The notes under the pieces were generated by a model, which saw nothing but the letters and a program-made list of their open reading frames with translations, made no database searches and was not told the origin of the DNA. Positions 34,664 to 43,320 of a stretch of 64,000 nt of DNA are shown in pieces. Origin of the DNA: Betaproteobacteria bacterium. GTDB taxonomy: Bacteria; Bacillota; UBA5301; DYFA01. Positions within the stretch are counted from its first letter, which is position 1. The number at the start of each line of letters is the position of its first letter. The DNA lies in the NCBI GenBank assembly GCA_050260635.1, contig JBLNCL010000016.1:116809-180808 (forward strand), read 5' to 3'. A program made the translations under genes and the position numbers.

Positions 34664-35098
34664 ATGGCTGAGCTGGTGAGGCTCGATCGGCAACGCATCC
34701 GCAAGCGGGTGGAAGAGGCCTTGAGGGGGTTCCCAGAGGTCGTCGGGGCCTACTTGTTCGGCTCAGCGCTGGACCAGTGCCGTCCCGACAGCGATGTGGA
34801 TGTGGGTATCTTTGCCCGGCCAGACCTGAGCGAACGTGAACGGTTGGCCCTCGAGAACAAGCTGGCCCTGCAGTTCCCCCCCCTTGATGGGCACCCCTTC
34901 GATATCACGGTCGTCGATCCGCAGCAAGCGCACTTTGCTTTCCGCGTCTTTAGCGAAGGGGTTCCTCTGTACGTAAGTGACCCCGAGCGGTTGACGGACC
35001 TGATGGAAAGGGTCAGCCGAGAGCATAGCGAATTTGCCTACTGGTATCGGCTTGCCGTCCGCGAGATCCTGGAGGAGGCGGGAGCGCATGGCCCTTGA
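34664..35098 (+). CDS. MNT-type nucleotidyltransferase antitoxin
   Basis: LFGSALDQCRPDSDVDVGIF (GS...DxD) minimal nucleotidyltransferase motif. Overlaps the HepT gene by 11 nt. Confidence 0.8.
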   Translation: MAELVRLDRQRIRKRVEEALRGFPEVVGAYLFGSALDQCRPDSDVDVGIFARPDLSERERLALENKLALQFPPLDGHPFDITVVDPQQAHFAFRVFSEGVPLYVSDPERLTDLMERVSREHSEFAYWYRLAVREILEEAGAHGP

Positions 35099-35525
35099 CC
35101 GGGAGCGGGTCATCCGGAGAACCAGCTACATCCGGGAGCAGACAACCGCCTTACGGCAATTGTTGACTGAGCGCGGGAAAGAAACAATCCTTCAAGACCC
35201 CTGGCTCATCTCGGCCGTCAAATACAAGCTGCAGACGGCGATCGAGGCTTGCGTCGATCTCACTTATCACGTCTGCGCCAAACGCTTGGGACAGGCCCCG
35301 GAGGACGCCAGGGACGGTCTGCGGCGCCTCAAAGAAAGCGGCCTTATTTCCGATGCCGAGCAGGCCAAGTACGCTGACATGGTTGGTTTCCGCAACCGCT
35401 TGGTCCACGGCTACCAGGAAGTCTCCGCCGAACACATCGCCACCATTCTCCAGGAGGACCTGAGCGACCTTGATCATTTCGCCGAGATCACGCTCCGGCT
35501 GTTGAGCGAGGAGGACCCCGGCTGA
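35088..35525 (+). CDS. HepT (DUF86) RNase toxin
   Basis: RX4HXY motif present (FRNRLVHGY). 145 aa. Confidence 0.85.
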   Translation: MALDRERVIRRTSYIREQTTALRQLLTERGKETILQDPWLISAVKYKLQTAIEACVDLTYHVCAKRLGQAPEDARDGLRRLKESGLISDAEQAKYADMVGFRNRLVHGYQEVSAEHIATILQEDLSDLDHFAEITLRLLSEEDPG

Positions 35526-35549
35526 ACTTGCCGGGGGCTGCTGGCTAGC

Positions 35550-35577
35550 GGGGCTGCCCCTGCGGCGGGGCAGCCCC
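35550..35577. terminator. GC-rich hairpin between convergent hepT and dfx-like genes
   Basis: GGGGCTGCCCC-tgcggc-GGGGCAGCCCC; no strong U-tract on either side. Confidence 0.45.
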
Positions 35578-35618
35578 ACTTATCGGGTCACTGCGCGTTG
35601 CGCCACTCAGTTATCCGC

Positions 35619-35894
35619 CTACGACTTCCACAGTCCGTGGATGGTGCAGTACTCCCGGGCCTGCAGCTGGCCCCCCTTGACTGCAAACAAGGCCTCCGGC
35701 GGGTCGCCGGGCTTGAGGAACCGGCGGTGACAGACGCCGTCGGCAGCCAGCTCGATCACCGGGACGTGCTTTTCGGTGGCAGCGTCGGCGGTCTGCTCCG
35801 TCAACAACTGCATCGGCTGGCCGCAGCAGAGCAACTGGCCTCCGCCCGCATGCAACACTTCCACCACGTTGCCACAGACTGCGCAGCGGTACAC
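35619..35894 (-). CDS. Desulfoferrodoxin-like protein: desulforedoxin domain plus an internally deleted SOR domain (possible pseudogene)
   Basis: [22 protein letters not shown] (Dx centre I), EKHVPVIE, then directly ...[10 protein letters not shown]...YCTIHGLW. 91 aa versus ~125 for canonical Dfx. Confidence 0.65.
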   Translation of the reverse strand: MYRCAVCGNVVEVLHAGGGQLLCCGQPMQLLTEQTADAATEKHVPVIELAADGVCHRRFLKPGDPPEALFAVKGGQLQAREYCTIHGLWKS

Positions 35895-36098
35895 GGATCC
35901 GACTTCACAGCGTCACTTCCTTTCTGCCGTTTCGTCCTACCGTTCGGGAAGCGCAGGATGCCTGCGATTCTCCAGCATTATACCATTGGCCTTGCCACGG
36001 CGAACAGCCACCCCCAGCGAGCCGCGCACCTTTCCGGCATACCGTCGGGCGTCCCCTGGGATACTACCCCGGAGAAAGGGGGCGAGCCGGTGGCGGAG

Positions 36099-36674
36099 AT
36101 GCTCGAGATCCGCTGGCACGGGCGAGGAGGGCAGGGCGCTAAGACCGCCTCCCAGCTCCTCGGCGAGGCGGCGGCGGGGACGGGGAGGTACGTCCAGTCT
36201 TTCCCGGAATACGGGCCGGAACGAATGGGGGCGCCAGTCACTGCCTTCAACCGGATCAGCGATGAGCCGATCACCCTCCACTGCAACATCGCCCATCCCC
36301 GGGTGGTCTTGGTCCTGGACGCTAGTTTCACCGGGAAGGTGGACTTCACCGACGGGATGCCGGAGGACGGCATACTCATTATCAATACCGATAAGCCGCC
36401 CGCCGCGATGCGCCGGGAACTTGGCCTGCCGCCGGGCAAGATCCACCTCTACACCGTGGACGCTTCCGAGATTGCCCGCCAGACCATCGGGCGGGACATC
36501 CCCAACACTCCCATGATGGGCGCCTTCGCCGGGGTGACGGGGATCATCCCCCTGGAGGACCTGGTCGAAGACACCCGGAAGAAGCTCGAAAAGAAGTTCC
36601 GCAGCAAGCCCGAGGTGATCGAGGGTAACCTCGAAGCCATCGCCCGGGCCGCCCGGGAGGTCAGAGGGGAATGA
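36099..36674 (+). CDS. 2-oxoacid:ferredoxin oxidoreductase gamma subunit (POR/VOR type)
   Basis: MLEIRWHGRGGQGAKTASQLL signature. GTG 36090 is an alternative start. The ORF-track N-terminal extension from 35598 is antisense to the dfx-like gene. Confidence 0.88.
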   Translation: MLEIRWHGRGGQGAKTASQLLGEAAAGTGRYVQSFPEYGPERMGAPVTAFNRISDEPITLHCNIAHPRVVLVLDASFTGKVDFTDGMPEDGILIINTDKPPAAMRRELGLPPGKIHLYTVDASEIARQTIGRDIPNTPMMGAFAGVTGIIPLEDLVEDTRKKLEKKFRSKPEVIEGNLEAIARAAREVRGE

Positions 36675-37042
36675 GCGGAGAGGCGCAGGCGGGTAAGAGC
36701 GGCGTGGAGCGCAAACTCCCTGGCTGGCGGGAGCTGACTCCTGGTGGGGTGATAACCTACCCGGGCAACGCCCGGGAGTTCATCACCGGCGACTGGGGCG
36801 TGGTCCGCCCGGAGTGGCACGAGCAGTACTGCATCCAGTGCCTCTTCTGCTGGGTGGGGTGCCCGGACAACGCGGTGGAGGTGGAGAGCGGAAAGGTGGT
36901 CGGGTTCGACTACGCTCACTGCAAGGGGTGTGGGGTCTGCGCCCACCAGTGTCCGGGGAAGGTGGTCGAGGGGGAGCGCCGCAAGGCGATCGAAATGAAG
37001 GCGGAGGCCGACTTCGCCAAGCAGGATCGGGGGAAGGTGTAG
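36671..37042 (+). CDS. 2-oxoacid:ferredoxin oxidoreductase delta subunit (2x[4Fe-4S] ferredoxin)
   Basis: CIQCLFCWVGCP and CKGCGVCAHQCP motifs; ATGA overlap with the gamma subunit. Confidence 0.88.
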   Translation: MSGEAQAGKSGVERKLPGWRELTPGGVITYPGNAREFITGDWGVVRPEWHEQYCIQCLFCWVGCPDNAVEVESGKVVGFDYAHCKGCGVCAHQCPGKVVEGERRKAIEMKAEADFAKQDRGKV

Positions 37043-37043
37043 G

Positions 37044-38246
37044 ATGGCGGTGTTGGAGAGGGAGGGCCGGAAGGTCGAGGTTCTCACCGGCAACGAGGCG
37101 GCGGCGCTCGCCCTGAAGCAGATCAATCCCGACGTAGTGGCGGCCTACCCGATCACCCCGGCCACCGAGATCGTCCAGATCTTCTCCACTTTCGAGGCAG
37201 ACGGCGAGGTGGACACGGAGTTCGTACCGGTCGAGTCGGAGCACGCTGCCCTGTCGGCTTGCATCGGCGCCTCGGCCGCCGGCGCCCGGGCGATGACCGC
37301 CACCTCTTCGCAGGGCCTCGCCCTGATGCATGAGGTCCTCTACGTCGCCGCCGGCCTGCGCCTTCCGATTGTCCTGGCGGAGGTGAATCGGGCTCTCTCG
37401 GCGCCGCTCGACATCCACTGCGACCACTCAGATACCATGGGCTCCCGGGACTCCGGCTGGATCCAGCTCTACTCGGAGAACGCCCAGGAGATGTACGACA
37501 ACCTCTTTCAAGCGGTGCGGATTGCGGAGCACCCCGACCTCCTCCTCCCGGTGATGGTCACCATGGACGGGTTCATCATCTCCCACGCCCAGGAGATCGT
37601 CGAGCTCGTCGGGACCGATCAAGTTCGGCGGTTCATCGGGGAGTATCGCCCGAAGTACCCGCTGCTCGACACAGACCACCCGGTCAGCATCGGAGCGCTC
37701 GACCTGTACGACTGGTATTTTGAACACCGCCGGGGCCAGGCCGAAGCCATGTACCAGGCTGCCCGAGTGATCGAGGAGGTGGGCCGGGAGTACGGCCAGC
37801 TCACTGGGCGGACCTACGGCCTCTTCGAGCCCTTCTACCTGGACGACGCCGAACGGGCCATCGTGGTCCTCGGCTCCACAGCCGGGACCGTGAAACACTT
37901 GATCAAAGAGTTGCGGGCGCAAGGGGAGAAGGTCGGCTTGCTCAAGCTCCGCTCCTTTCGCCCCTTCCCCCAGACTCAGTTGGCCGAGGCCTTGGCTAAC
38001 GTCAAGGCGGTGGCGGTCCTGGACCGATCCGATTCCCTGGCTGCCTTCGGGGGACCGCTCTTCCACGAGACCCGAGCCGCCTGCTACGACCTGAAGCCGC
38101 GTCCCCTGATGGTCAACTACATCTACGGCCTGGGCGGTCGGGACTGCGACCTCGACCAGATCCGGCAGGTATACGCCGACCTCTCTGCCATGCTGGCTAA
38201 GGGGAAGGGCGATCCGGTCGTTCAGTACCTCGGCCTCCGGGAATGA
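37044..38246 (+). CDS. 2-oxoacid:ferredoxin oxidoreductase alpha subunit
   Basis: 400 aa. GNEAAALALKQINPDVVAAYPITPATEIV pattern. Confidence 0.9.
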   Translation: MAVLEREGRKVEVLTGNEAAALALKQINPDVVAAYPITPATEIVQIFSTFEADGEVDTEFVPVESEHAALSACIGASAAGARAMTATSSQGLALMHEVLYVAAGLRLPIVLAEVNRALSAPLDIHCDHSDTMGSRDSGWIQLYSENAQEMYDNLFQAVRIAEHPDLLLPVMVTMDGFIISHAQEIVELVGTDQVRRFIGEYRPKYPLLDTDHPVSIGALDLYDWYFEHRRGQAEAMYQAARVIEEVGREYGQLTGRTYGLFEPFYLDDAERAIVVLGSTAGTVKHLIKELRAQGEKVGLLKLRSFRPFPQTQLAEALANVKAVAVLDRSDSLAAFGGPLFHETRAACYDLKPRPLMVNYIYGLGGRDCDLDQIRQVYADLSAMLAKGKGDPVVQYLGLRE

Positions 38247-38305
38247 TACGCTGACCAGCGGAAACAACAATTCCTGCGAACAGAGCTACACGGAAGGGGA
38301 GAGGC

Positions 38306-39250
38306 GTGGTGCCAGTCACACTCAAGGAGCTCGCTCAGAACCAGAAAGCCTTCACCGGCGGACACCGGGCGTGCGCCGGCTGCATGTTCCCGGTGGCCAT
38401 TCGGCAGGTCATGGCGAACGTGACGACGCCGGTCGTGGTGACCAACGCCACTGGCTGCATGGAGGTCACGACCGTCCTCTACCCCTACACCGCCTGGCGT
38501 GTTCCTTGGATCCATGTCGCCTTCGAGAACTCCGCCACGGTCTGTTCGGGGATCGAGGCGGCCTATCGGAGCTTGAAGAAACAGGGTCGGCTCCCCGGCG
38601 GCGATAAAGACATCCGGTTCATCGCCTTCGGCGGGGACGGCGCCTCCTATGACATCGGCTTTCAGTGGGTTTCGGGGGCGCTGGAGCGGGGCCATCGGAT
38701 GGTCTACATCTGCTACGACAACCAAGCCTACGAAAACACCGGGATCCAGCGCTCTTCGGCAACTCCCAAGGGCGCCGCTACGACCACCAGTCCGGTCGGG
38801 AAGAAGAAGAGTGCAGGGAAGGAGCAGTGGCGGAAGGATCTGACGGCCATCATGGCCGACCACGGCATCCCCTACGCCGCCCAGGCCGCCGTCTCCCACT
38901 GGAACGATCTCTCCAACAAGGTCCGCAAGGCGCTCGACGCCGACGGACCGGCCTTCTTGAACATCCTCGCTCCCTGCCGCCTCGGGTGGGCCATCCCGCC
39001 GGAGGAGTCCATGGGCAAGACCAAGGAGGCGGTCGACTCCTGCTTCTGGCCGCTCTACGAGGTCGACCACGGCCAGTGGAGGCTAACCTACCGGCCCAAG
39101 GTCAAACTGCCCTACGCCGAGTGGATGAAGAATCAAGCCCGCTTCAAACACCTCTTCGACGGCGGCCACGACGACTTCCTGGCCGAACTCCAAGCCGAGG
39201 TGGACGCCCGCTGGGGGGCGCTGCTTAAGCGGTGCGGGGAGGAACCTTAA
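38306..39250 (+). CDS. 2-oxoacid:ferredoxin oxidoreductase beta subunit (TPP-binding)
   Basis: 314 aa. CAGC...ATGC and GGDGASYDIGF TPP motif. Confidence 0.9.
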   Translation: MVPVTLKELAQNQKAFTGGHRACAGCMFPVAIRQVMANVTTPVVVTNATGCMEVTTVLYPYTAWRVPWIHVAFENSATVCSGIEAAYRSLKKQGRLPGGDKDIRFIAFGGDGASYDIGFQWVSGALERGHRMVYICYDNQAYENTGIQRSSATPKGAATTTSPVGKKKSAGKEQWRKDLTAIMADHGIPYAAQAAVSHWNDLSNKVRKALDADGPAFLNILAPCRLGWAIPPEESMGKTKEAVDSCFWPLYEVDHGQWRLTYRPKVKLPYAEWMKNQARFKHLFDGGHDDFLAELQAEVDARWGALLKRCGEEP

Positions 39251-39301
39251 CGCTCGATTCGCTCGACCAGGGCTGCCGGCGAGTGAGACCAGCAAACGGT
39301 G

Positions 39302-39365
39302 TTGACAATCGGAGCGCCGTCGAGTACACTGATACGCGGGATAGTTAGATGATTGTCTAATTATC
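39302..39365 (+). promoter_or_regulatory. Promoter plus inverted-repeat operator upstream of the ArsR/SdpR-like gene
   Basis: TTGACA, 17-nt spacer, TACACT (39302-39330). Then GATAGTTAGA-6 nt-TCTAATTATC (39340-39365, one mismatch). Confidence 0.5.
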
Positions 39366-39388
39366 AAACTCAGTCGGGAGGGTAGACG

Positions 39389-39688
39389 ATGTCGCCGCTC
39401 AACCTGACCTTCAAGGCGCTCTCCGACCCGACGCGGCGGGAGATCCTCCGCTTGCTGGCCCGGGGGGATCTGACCGCCGGGGAGATCGCCGACCGCTTCA
39501 CCATCACCAAACCCAGCATCTCACACCATCTGAGCCTGCTCAGACAGGCGGGGCTGGTGTTGGACGAGCGGCGGGGGCAGAACATCGTTTACTCGCTTAA
39601 TACCACCGTTTTCCAGGACGTGCTGGGGTGGGTCATGAACGTTCTGGAAGGCGAACATTCAGGAGGCAAAGACGATGGACAGCACTAG
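39389..39688 (+). CDS. ArsR-family (SdpR-like) transcriptional repressor
   Basis: 99 aa. LSDPTRREILRLL...GEIADRFTITKPSISHHLSLLRQAGLV winged HTH. Confidence 0.85.
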   Translation: MSPLNLTFKALSDPTRREILRLLARGDLTAGEIADRFTITKPSISHHLSLLRQAGLVLDERRGQNIVYSLNTTVFQDVLGWVMNVLEGEHSGGKDDGQH

Positions 39689-40367
39689 GCGCGAAACCTG
39701 TTGCTGCGGTTCCTGGGTCGTCCGGGAAGACTGGCCGCTCTGGCTGCTCCTGGCCGCGAGCCTAGTCGTGGGGATCGTCCTCTACCCGGCGCTTCCGGAC
39801 CGCATCCCGCTGCACTGGAACATCCAGGGCCAGATCGATCGCTACGGCAGCAAGGCCGAAGGGGTCTTCGGGATGCTCGCCCTGAACGTGGGGCTGTACC
39901 TGTTCTTCCTGGCGCTGCCCCGGTTCGACCCGCGGCGGGAGAACTACGCCAAGTTCGCCCCGACCTACCGGTTCTTTCGCTCGCTCTTCGTGGTCTTCAT
40001 GACGGTCCTCTGGGGCGTGGCGATGGCTGCGGCCAAGGGCATGCCGGTCGACACTGCCCGAGTGGTTCCGCTGATGGTCTCGGCACTCTTCATCCTCATC
40101 GGCAACCTCATGGGGCGGGTGCGTTACAACTGGTTTGTCGGCATCCGGACCCCCTGGTCCCTGGCGAACGAGGAAGCCTGGCGGCTGACCCATCGGGCGG
40201 CCGGGCCGGCCTGGGTCCTGGGTGGACTCGTCAGCCTGGCCGGCGCCTTCTTCGGCAAGGCTGTCGCCGCCGTGACGATGGGCATCGGGCTCGGCGGGGC
40301 GACCATCTTCTCGGTGGTCTACTCCTACTTCGCCTGGCGGCGGACCGCCGGTACAGGGCGGAAGTGA
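39675..40367 (+). CDS. SdpI/YhfL-family membrane immunity-like protein (DUF1648 + SdpI)
   Basis: PDRIPLHWNIQGQIDRYGSK and NWFVGIRTPWSLANEEAWRLTHR motifs; polytopic. Confidence 0.75.
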   Translation: MDSTRRETCCCGSWVVREDWPLWLLLAASLVVGIVLYPALPDRIPLHWNIQGQIDRYGSKAEGVFGMLALNVGLYLFFLALPRFDPRRENYAKFAPTYRFFRSLFVVFMTVLWGVAMAAAKGMPVDTARVVPLMVSALFILIGNLMGRVRYNWFVGIRTPWSLANEEAWRLTHRAAGPAWVLGGLVSLAGAFFGKAVAAVTMGIGLGGATIFSVVYSYFAWRRTAGTGRK

Positions 40368-40371
40368 GCGC

Positions 40372-40840
40372 ATGAAAGGCAGAAAAGTAGCCCTCTTCCT
40401 GGGGACCTTCGGCGTCGACTGGCTGATGGCGGGCCTCTACTGGGCCCTGGGGGGCAAGTGGCAGGGGCCGGCCGCCCTGGCTCTCTCCCTGGAGGTCCTC
40501 CCTTCTGATCGGGCTGATCTGGGGGGTGTGGCACGCCCCGCTCATCCTTCAGGGCCACAACTACCCGGCCCATCCTGTCCTGGGCGTGCTTTGGATGAGC
40601 ATCTTCACCGTGCTCTTCGCCCCACTCATCAGCTATGTAACGCGGCGGGCTCGCTCGGTGGTCGCGGCGGCGGTCATGCACGGCGCCCTCAACGGCACCT
40701 ACGGGCTCGCGATCATGGTGATCAAGGGCGGTACCGAGCTCACCGTCGGGATCATGGGTCTGGCCGGGTTCCTCGCTTTGGCCGTGGCCGACCTGGCGCT
40801 CTTCGTCTCCGACCGCTCCCTGGCTAGCCCTCCGCGTTGA
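40372..40840 (+). pseudogene. CPBP (CAAX/Abi) intramembrane protease remnant, frameshifted and lacking the EExxxR motif
   Basis: The N-terminal ORF (40372-) reads KVALFLGTFGVDWLMAGLYWALGG. A second frame (from ~40500) reads LLIGLIWGVWHAPL...AAVMHGALN (motifs 2 and 3). Motif 1 and ~100-150 residues are absent. Confidence 0.55.
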
Positions 40841-41594
40841 AGAGCAGCACCGCCCCGCTGATCATGAGGATGGCCATCGCCAGGATGACGGACAGGTCGG
40901 TGAGGAGCGGAAACTCGTGGACCCCCAGCAGGGCGTCTTTCATGGCGTCGACTCCGTAAGCCAGGGGGTCCACCCGGGCCAATGCCTTCATCCAGCCAGG
41001 CAGCCCGCCGATGGGGAAGATGGCACCCGAGAGGAAGTACATCGGCATCACGACGAAGTTCATGACGAGTTGAAAACCCTGCATGGACTCCATCCGGGCG
41101 GCTACCAGGATGCCGGCCGAGGCGAGGGCGAAGGAGAGCAGAAACATCACCCCGAGGGCGCCCAAAGCGCCGGACAGGGTGAGGCTGATGCCGACCAGCG
41201 GCGCAAGGAGCATGATCAACGTTCCCTGAAAGACGGCCACCGTCGAGCCGGAGAGGGCCTTGCCGACGACGATCGCCGTCCGGGAGACCGGCGCCACCAG
41301 GACCTCCTTGAGGAAGCCGAACTCCCGGTCCCAGACGATCGAAACCGCCGAGAAAATCGAGGTGAAGAGGACCGTCATCCCAATCACCCCGGGGAACATG
41401 AACTTTACGTAATCCAGGCCGGGGACGGGACCCCGGAAGGTGGCTCCCAGCCCCCGCCCGACAACGAAGAGCCAGACCACCGGCTGGACCAGCGCAGTGA
41501 CGATGCGGGCCCTGTCCCGCCAGAAGCGGATGACCTCCCGCAGCCAGATGACGTAGATTGCTCCCAAGTCGTTCCGACCGGTCATACGCGTCAC
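40824..41594 (-). CDS. ABC-2 type exporter permease
   Basis: 256-aa six-TM protein with the ABC-2 pattern; GGAAGGTGA SD. Confidence 0.85.
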   Translation of the reverse strand: MTRMTGRNDLGAIYVIWLREVIRFWRDRARIVTALVQPVVWLFVVGRGLGATFRGPVPGLDYVKFMFPGVIGMTVLFTSIFSAVSIVWDREFGFLKEVLVAPVSRTAIVVGKALSGSTVAVFQGTLIMLLAPLVGISLTLSGALGALGVMFLLSFALASAGILVAARMESMQGFQLVMNFVVMPMYFLSGAIFPIGGLPGWMKALARVDPLAYGVDAMKDALLGVHEFPLLTDLSVILAMAILMISGAVLLFNAEG

Positions 41595-41605
41595 CTTCCA
41601 GGGTA

Positions 41606-42586
41606 TCAGTGGCGGCGGTGCATGCGCATTCGGTGGCGTTGCCGCATCAGGTCGACCTCCGACACGCTCTCGTCCCGGATCTCCCGCCCTGTGAGCTTGA
41701 GGAAGACGTCGTCCAGGGTCGGTTTCCGCAGGCTGATCGCCTTGATGCGGCCATGCTCCGCAGCGACGAAGTGAGGGATGAACTCCTCCCCGTTTTCCAC
41801 CTCGAAGCGCAGCCCCTCGGGGGTCTGAACGGGGGTTGCCCGGTAGGTCGTCTGGAGGTCCGCCGCTAACCGATCGTCGTCCTCCGACCGGACGGTAATC
41901 AGGTCGCCCCCGACCAGCCGCTTTAGCTCAGCCGGAGTATCAGTCGCGACCAGTTCGCCGTGGTCCATGATGGCGATCCGGTCGCAGTTCTCGGCCTCGT
42001 CCATGTAGTGCGTGGTCAGAAAGATGGTCATCCCCTCCCGGGCACGGATCTGGTGGAGGTACCCCCAGATGTGGGCCCTGGTCTGAGGGTCAAGGCCGAC
42101 GGTCGGCTCATCGAGGAAGAGGACCGTCGGGTAGTGGAGGAGGCCCCGGGCGATCTCCAGCCGCCGTTTCATGCCCCCGGAGAAGGTCTTGACCAGATCG
42201 TTCCGGCGGTCGAAGAGGCCCACCATCCGCAGGACTTCCTCCATGCGCTTCTTGCGGTCGGCTGCGGGAACCCCATACAGGATGGAGTGGAAGTACAGGT
42301 TTTCGGCGGCCGTCAGGCGTTCGTCCAACGAGGGATCCTGGAAGACCAGGCCAATGGAGCGCCGGACGGCGTCGGGTTGAGACAGGATGTCGTACCCGGC
42401 GAGACGAGCCCGGCCACCGCTTGGCTTCAACAACGTGCAAAGCATCTTGATCGTGGTTGACTTCCCAGCCCCGTTCGGACCCAAGAAACCGAAGATTTCG
42501 CCGCTCCGGACGGTAAGCGAGACTCCCCTGACGGCGACCAGCTTTCCGAACTCCTTGCGCAGCCCTTCAACGACGATCGCATCCAT
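41606..42586 (-). CDS. ABC transporter ATP-binding protein (DrrA-like)
   Basis: Walker A GPNGAGKST, signature FSGGMKRRL, Walker B LFLDEPT. ATG 42586 (MDAIVVEGL) chosen because of a GAGGTGG SD; the ORF track starts at 42631. Confidence 0.9.
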   Translation of the reverse strand: MDAIVVEGLRKEFGKLVAVRGVSLTVRSGEIFGFLGPNGAGKSTTIKMLCTLLKPSGGRARLAGYDILSQPDAVRRSIGLVFQDPSLDERLTAAENLYFHSILYGVPAADRKKRMEEVLRMVGLFDRRNDLVKTFSGGMKRRLEIARGLLHYPTVLFLDEPTVGLDPQTRAHIWGYLHQIRAREGMTIFLTTHYMDEAENCDRIAIMDHGELVATDTPAELKRLVGGDLITVRSEDDDRLAADLQTTYRATPVQTPEGLRFEVENGEEFIPHFVAAEHGRIKAISLRKPTLDDVFLKLTGREIRDESVSEVDLMRQRHRMRMHRRH

Positions 42587-42747
42587 TGAGTCCACCTCAA
42601 GCATAGTGTTTGGCGCAAGCCCCCGTTCCACCTGCTAAAGATTCTGCTTGACTTGCCTCTGGAATGCAACTGGGCAGGGAGGAAAAGAGTGGCCCCATGC
42701 GGTAATATCACTTGTACATATAACCCGTCAAGGGAGGGGGACTCGGA

Positions 42748-43293
42748 GTGGCGAAAATCAAGTTGAATTGGCCTTTCATCATTGGTTTTCTGATCGTGTT
42801 CATCGCCGCGAACATCGGTTTTCTGGTGTACGCAGGGACAGACCACTTCTGCGGCTCGGTCTGCCACAGCATGTCCGTCTACCGGGATACGTGGGCGGCC
42901 TCCAGCCACGGACCCAAGGTACTCAAGAACGAGCCGGTTCACTGCGAAGAGTGCCACTACGATCGGGGCGTCAAGGGTTACATCGCAGGTAAGATCAACG
43001 GCATGAAGTCGATGATCAAGGAAATTACGGCTACCTACCATACGCCGATCAAGGGCGAGCCGAAAGAGGCGCGGTGCAAGGAGTGCCACGACATCAAGAA
43101 GATCAACGAGACCGAAACCCACCGGATCCCGCACGAGCAGCACGAAGCCATGGGGCTGAACTGCATGAGCTGCCACGCTGGCTTGGTTCACGGGCGCGAG
43201 GGCGAGGGCGAAGCCAAGATAACCCACGAAGCCTGCAAGCAGTGCCACGACACCGAGAACCAGGAAGAATGCACCAAGTGCCACAAGTGGTAA
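42748..43293 (+). CDS. Membrane-anchored multihaem cytochrome c (NapC/NirT/NrfH-like; 5 CXXCH + 1 CX3CH)
   Basis: N-terminal TM helix. Motifs CGSVCHSM, CEECH, CKECH, CMSCH, CKQCH, CTKCH. GGAGGGGG SD before GTG. Confidence 0.8.
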   Translation: MAKIKLNWPFIIGFLIVFIAANIGFLVYAGTDHFCGSVCHSMSVYRDTWAASSHGPKVLKNEPVHCEECHYDRGVKGYIAGKINGMKSMIKEITATYHTPIKGEPKEARCKECHDIKKINETETHRIPHEQHEAMGLNCMSCHAGLVHGREGEGEAKITHEACKQCHDTENQEECTKCHKW

Positions 43294-43320
43294 GCCGCTA
43301 GCGAACCCATGGAAGGCTGC

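Noticed and set aside
35598-36098. 167-codon N-terminal extension of the OFOR gamma-subunit ORF
   Set aside because: It runs antisense through the dfx-like gene. The conserved gamma subunit starts at MLEIRWHGRGGQG with an SD nearby.
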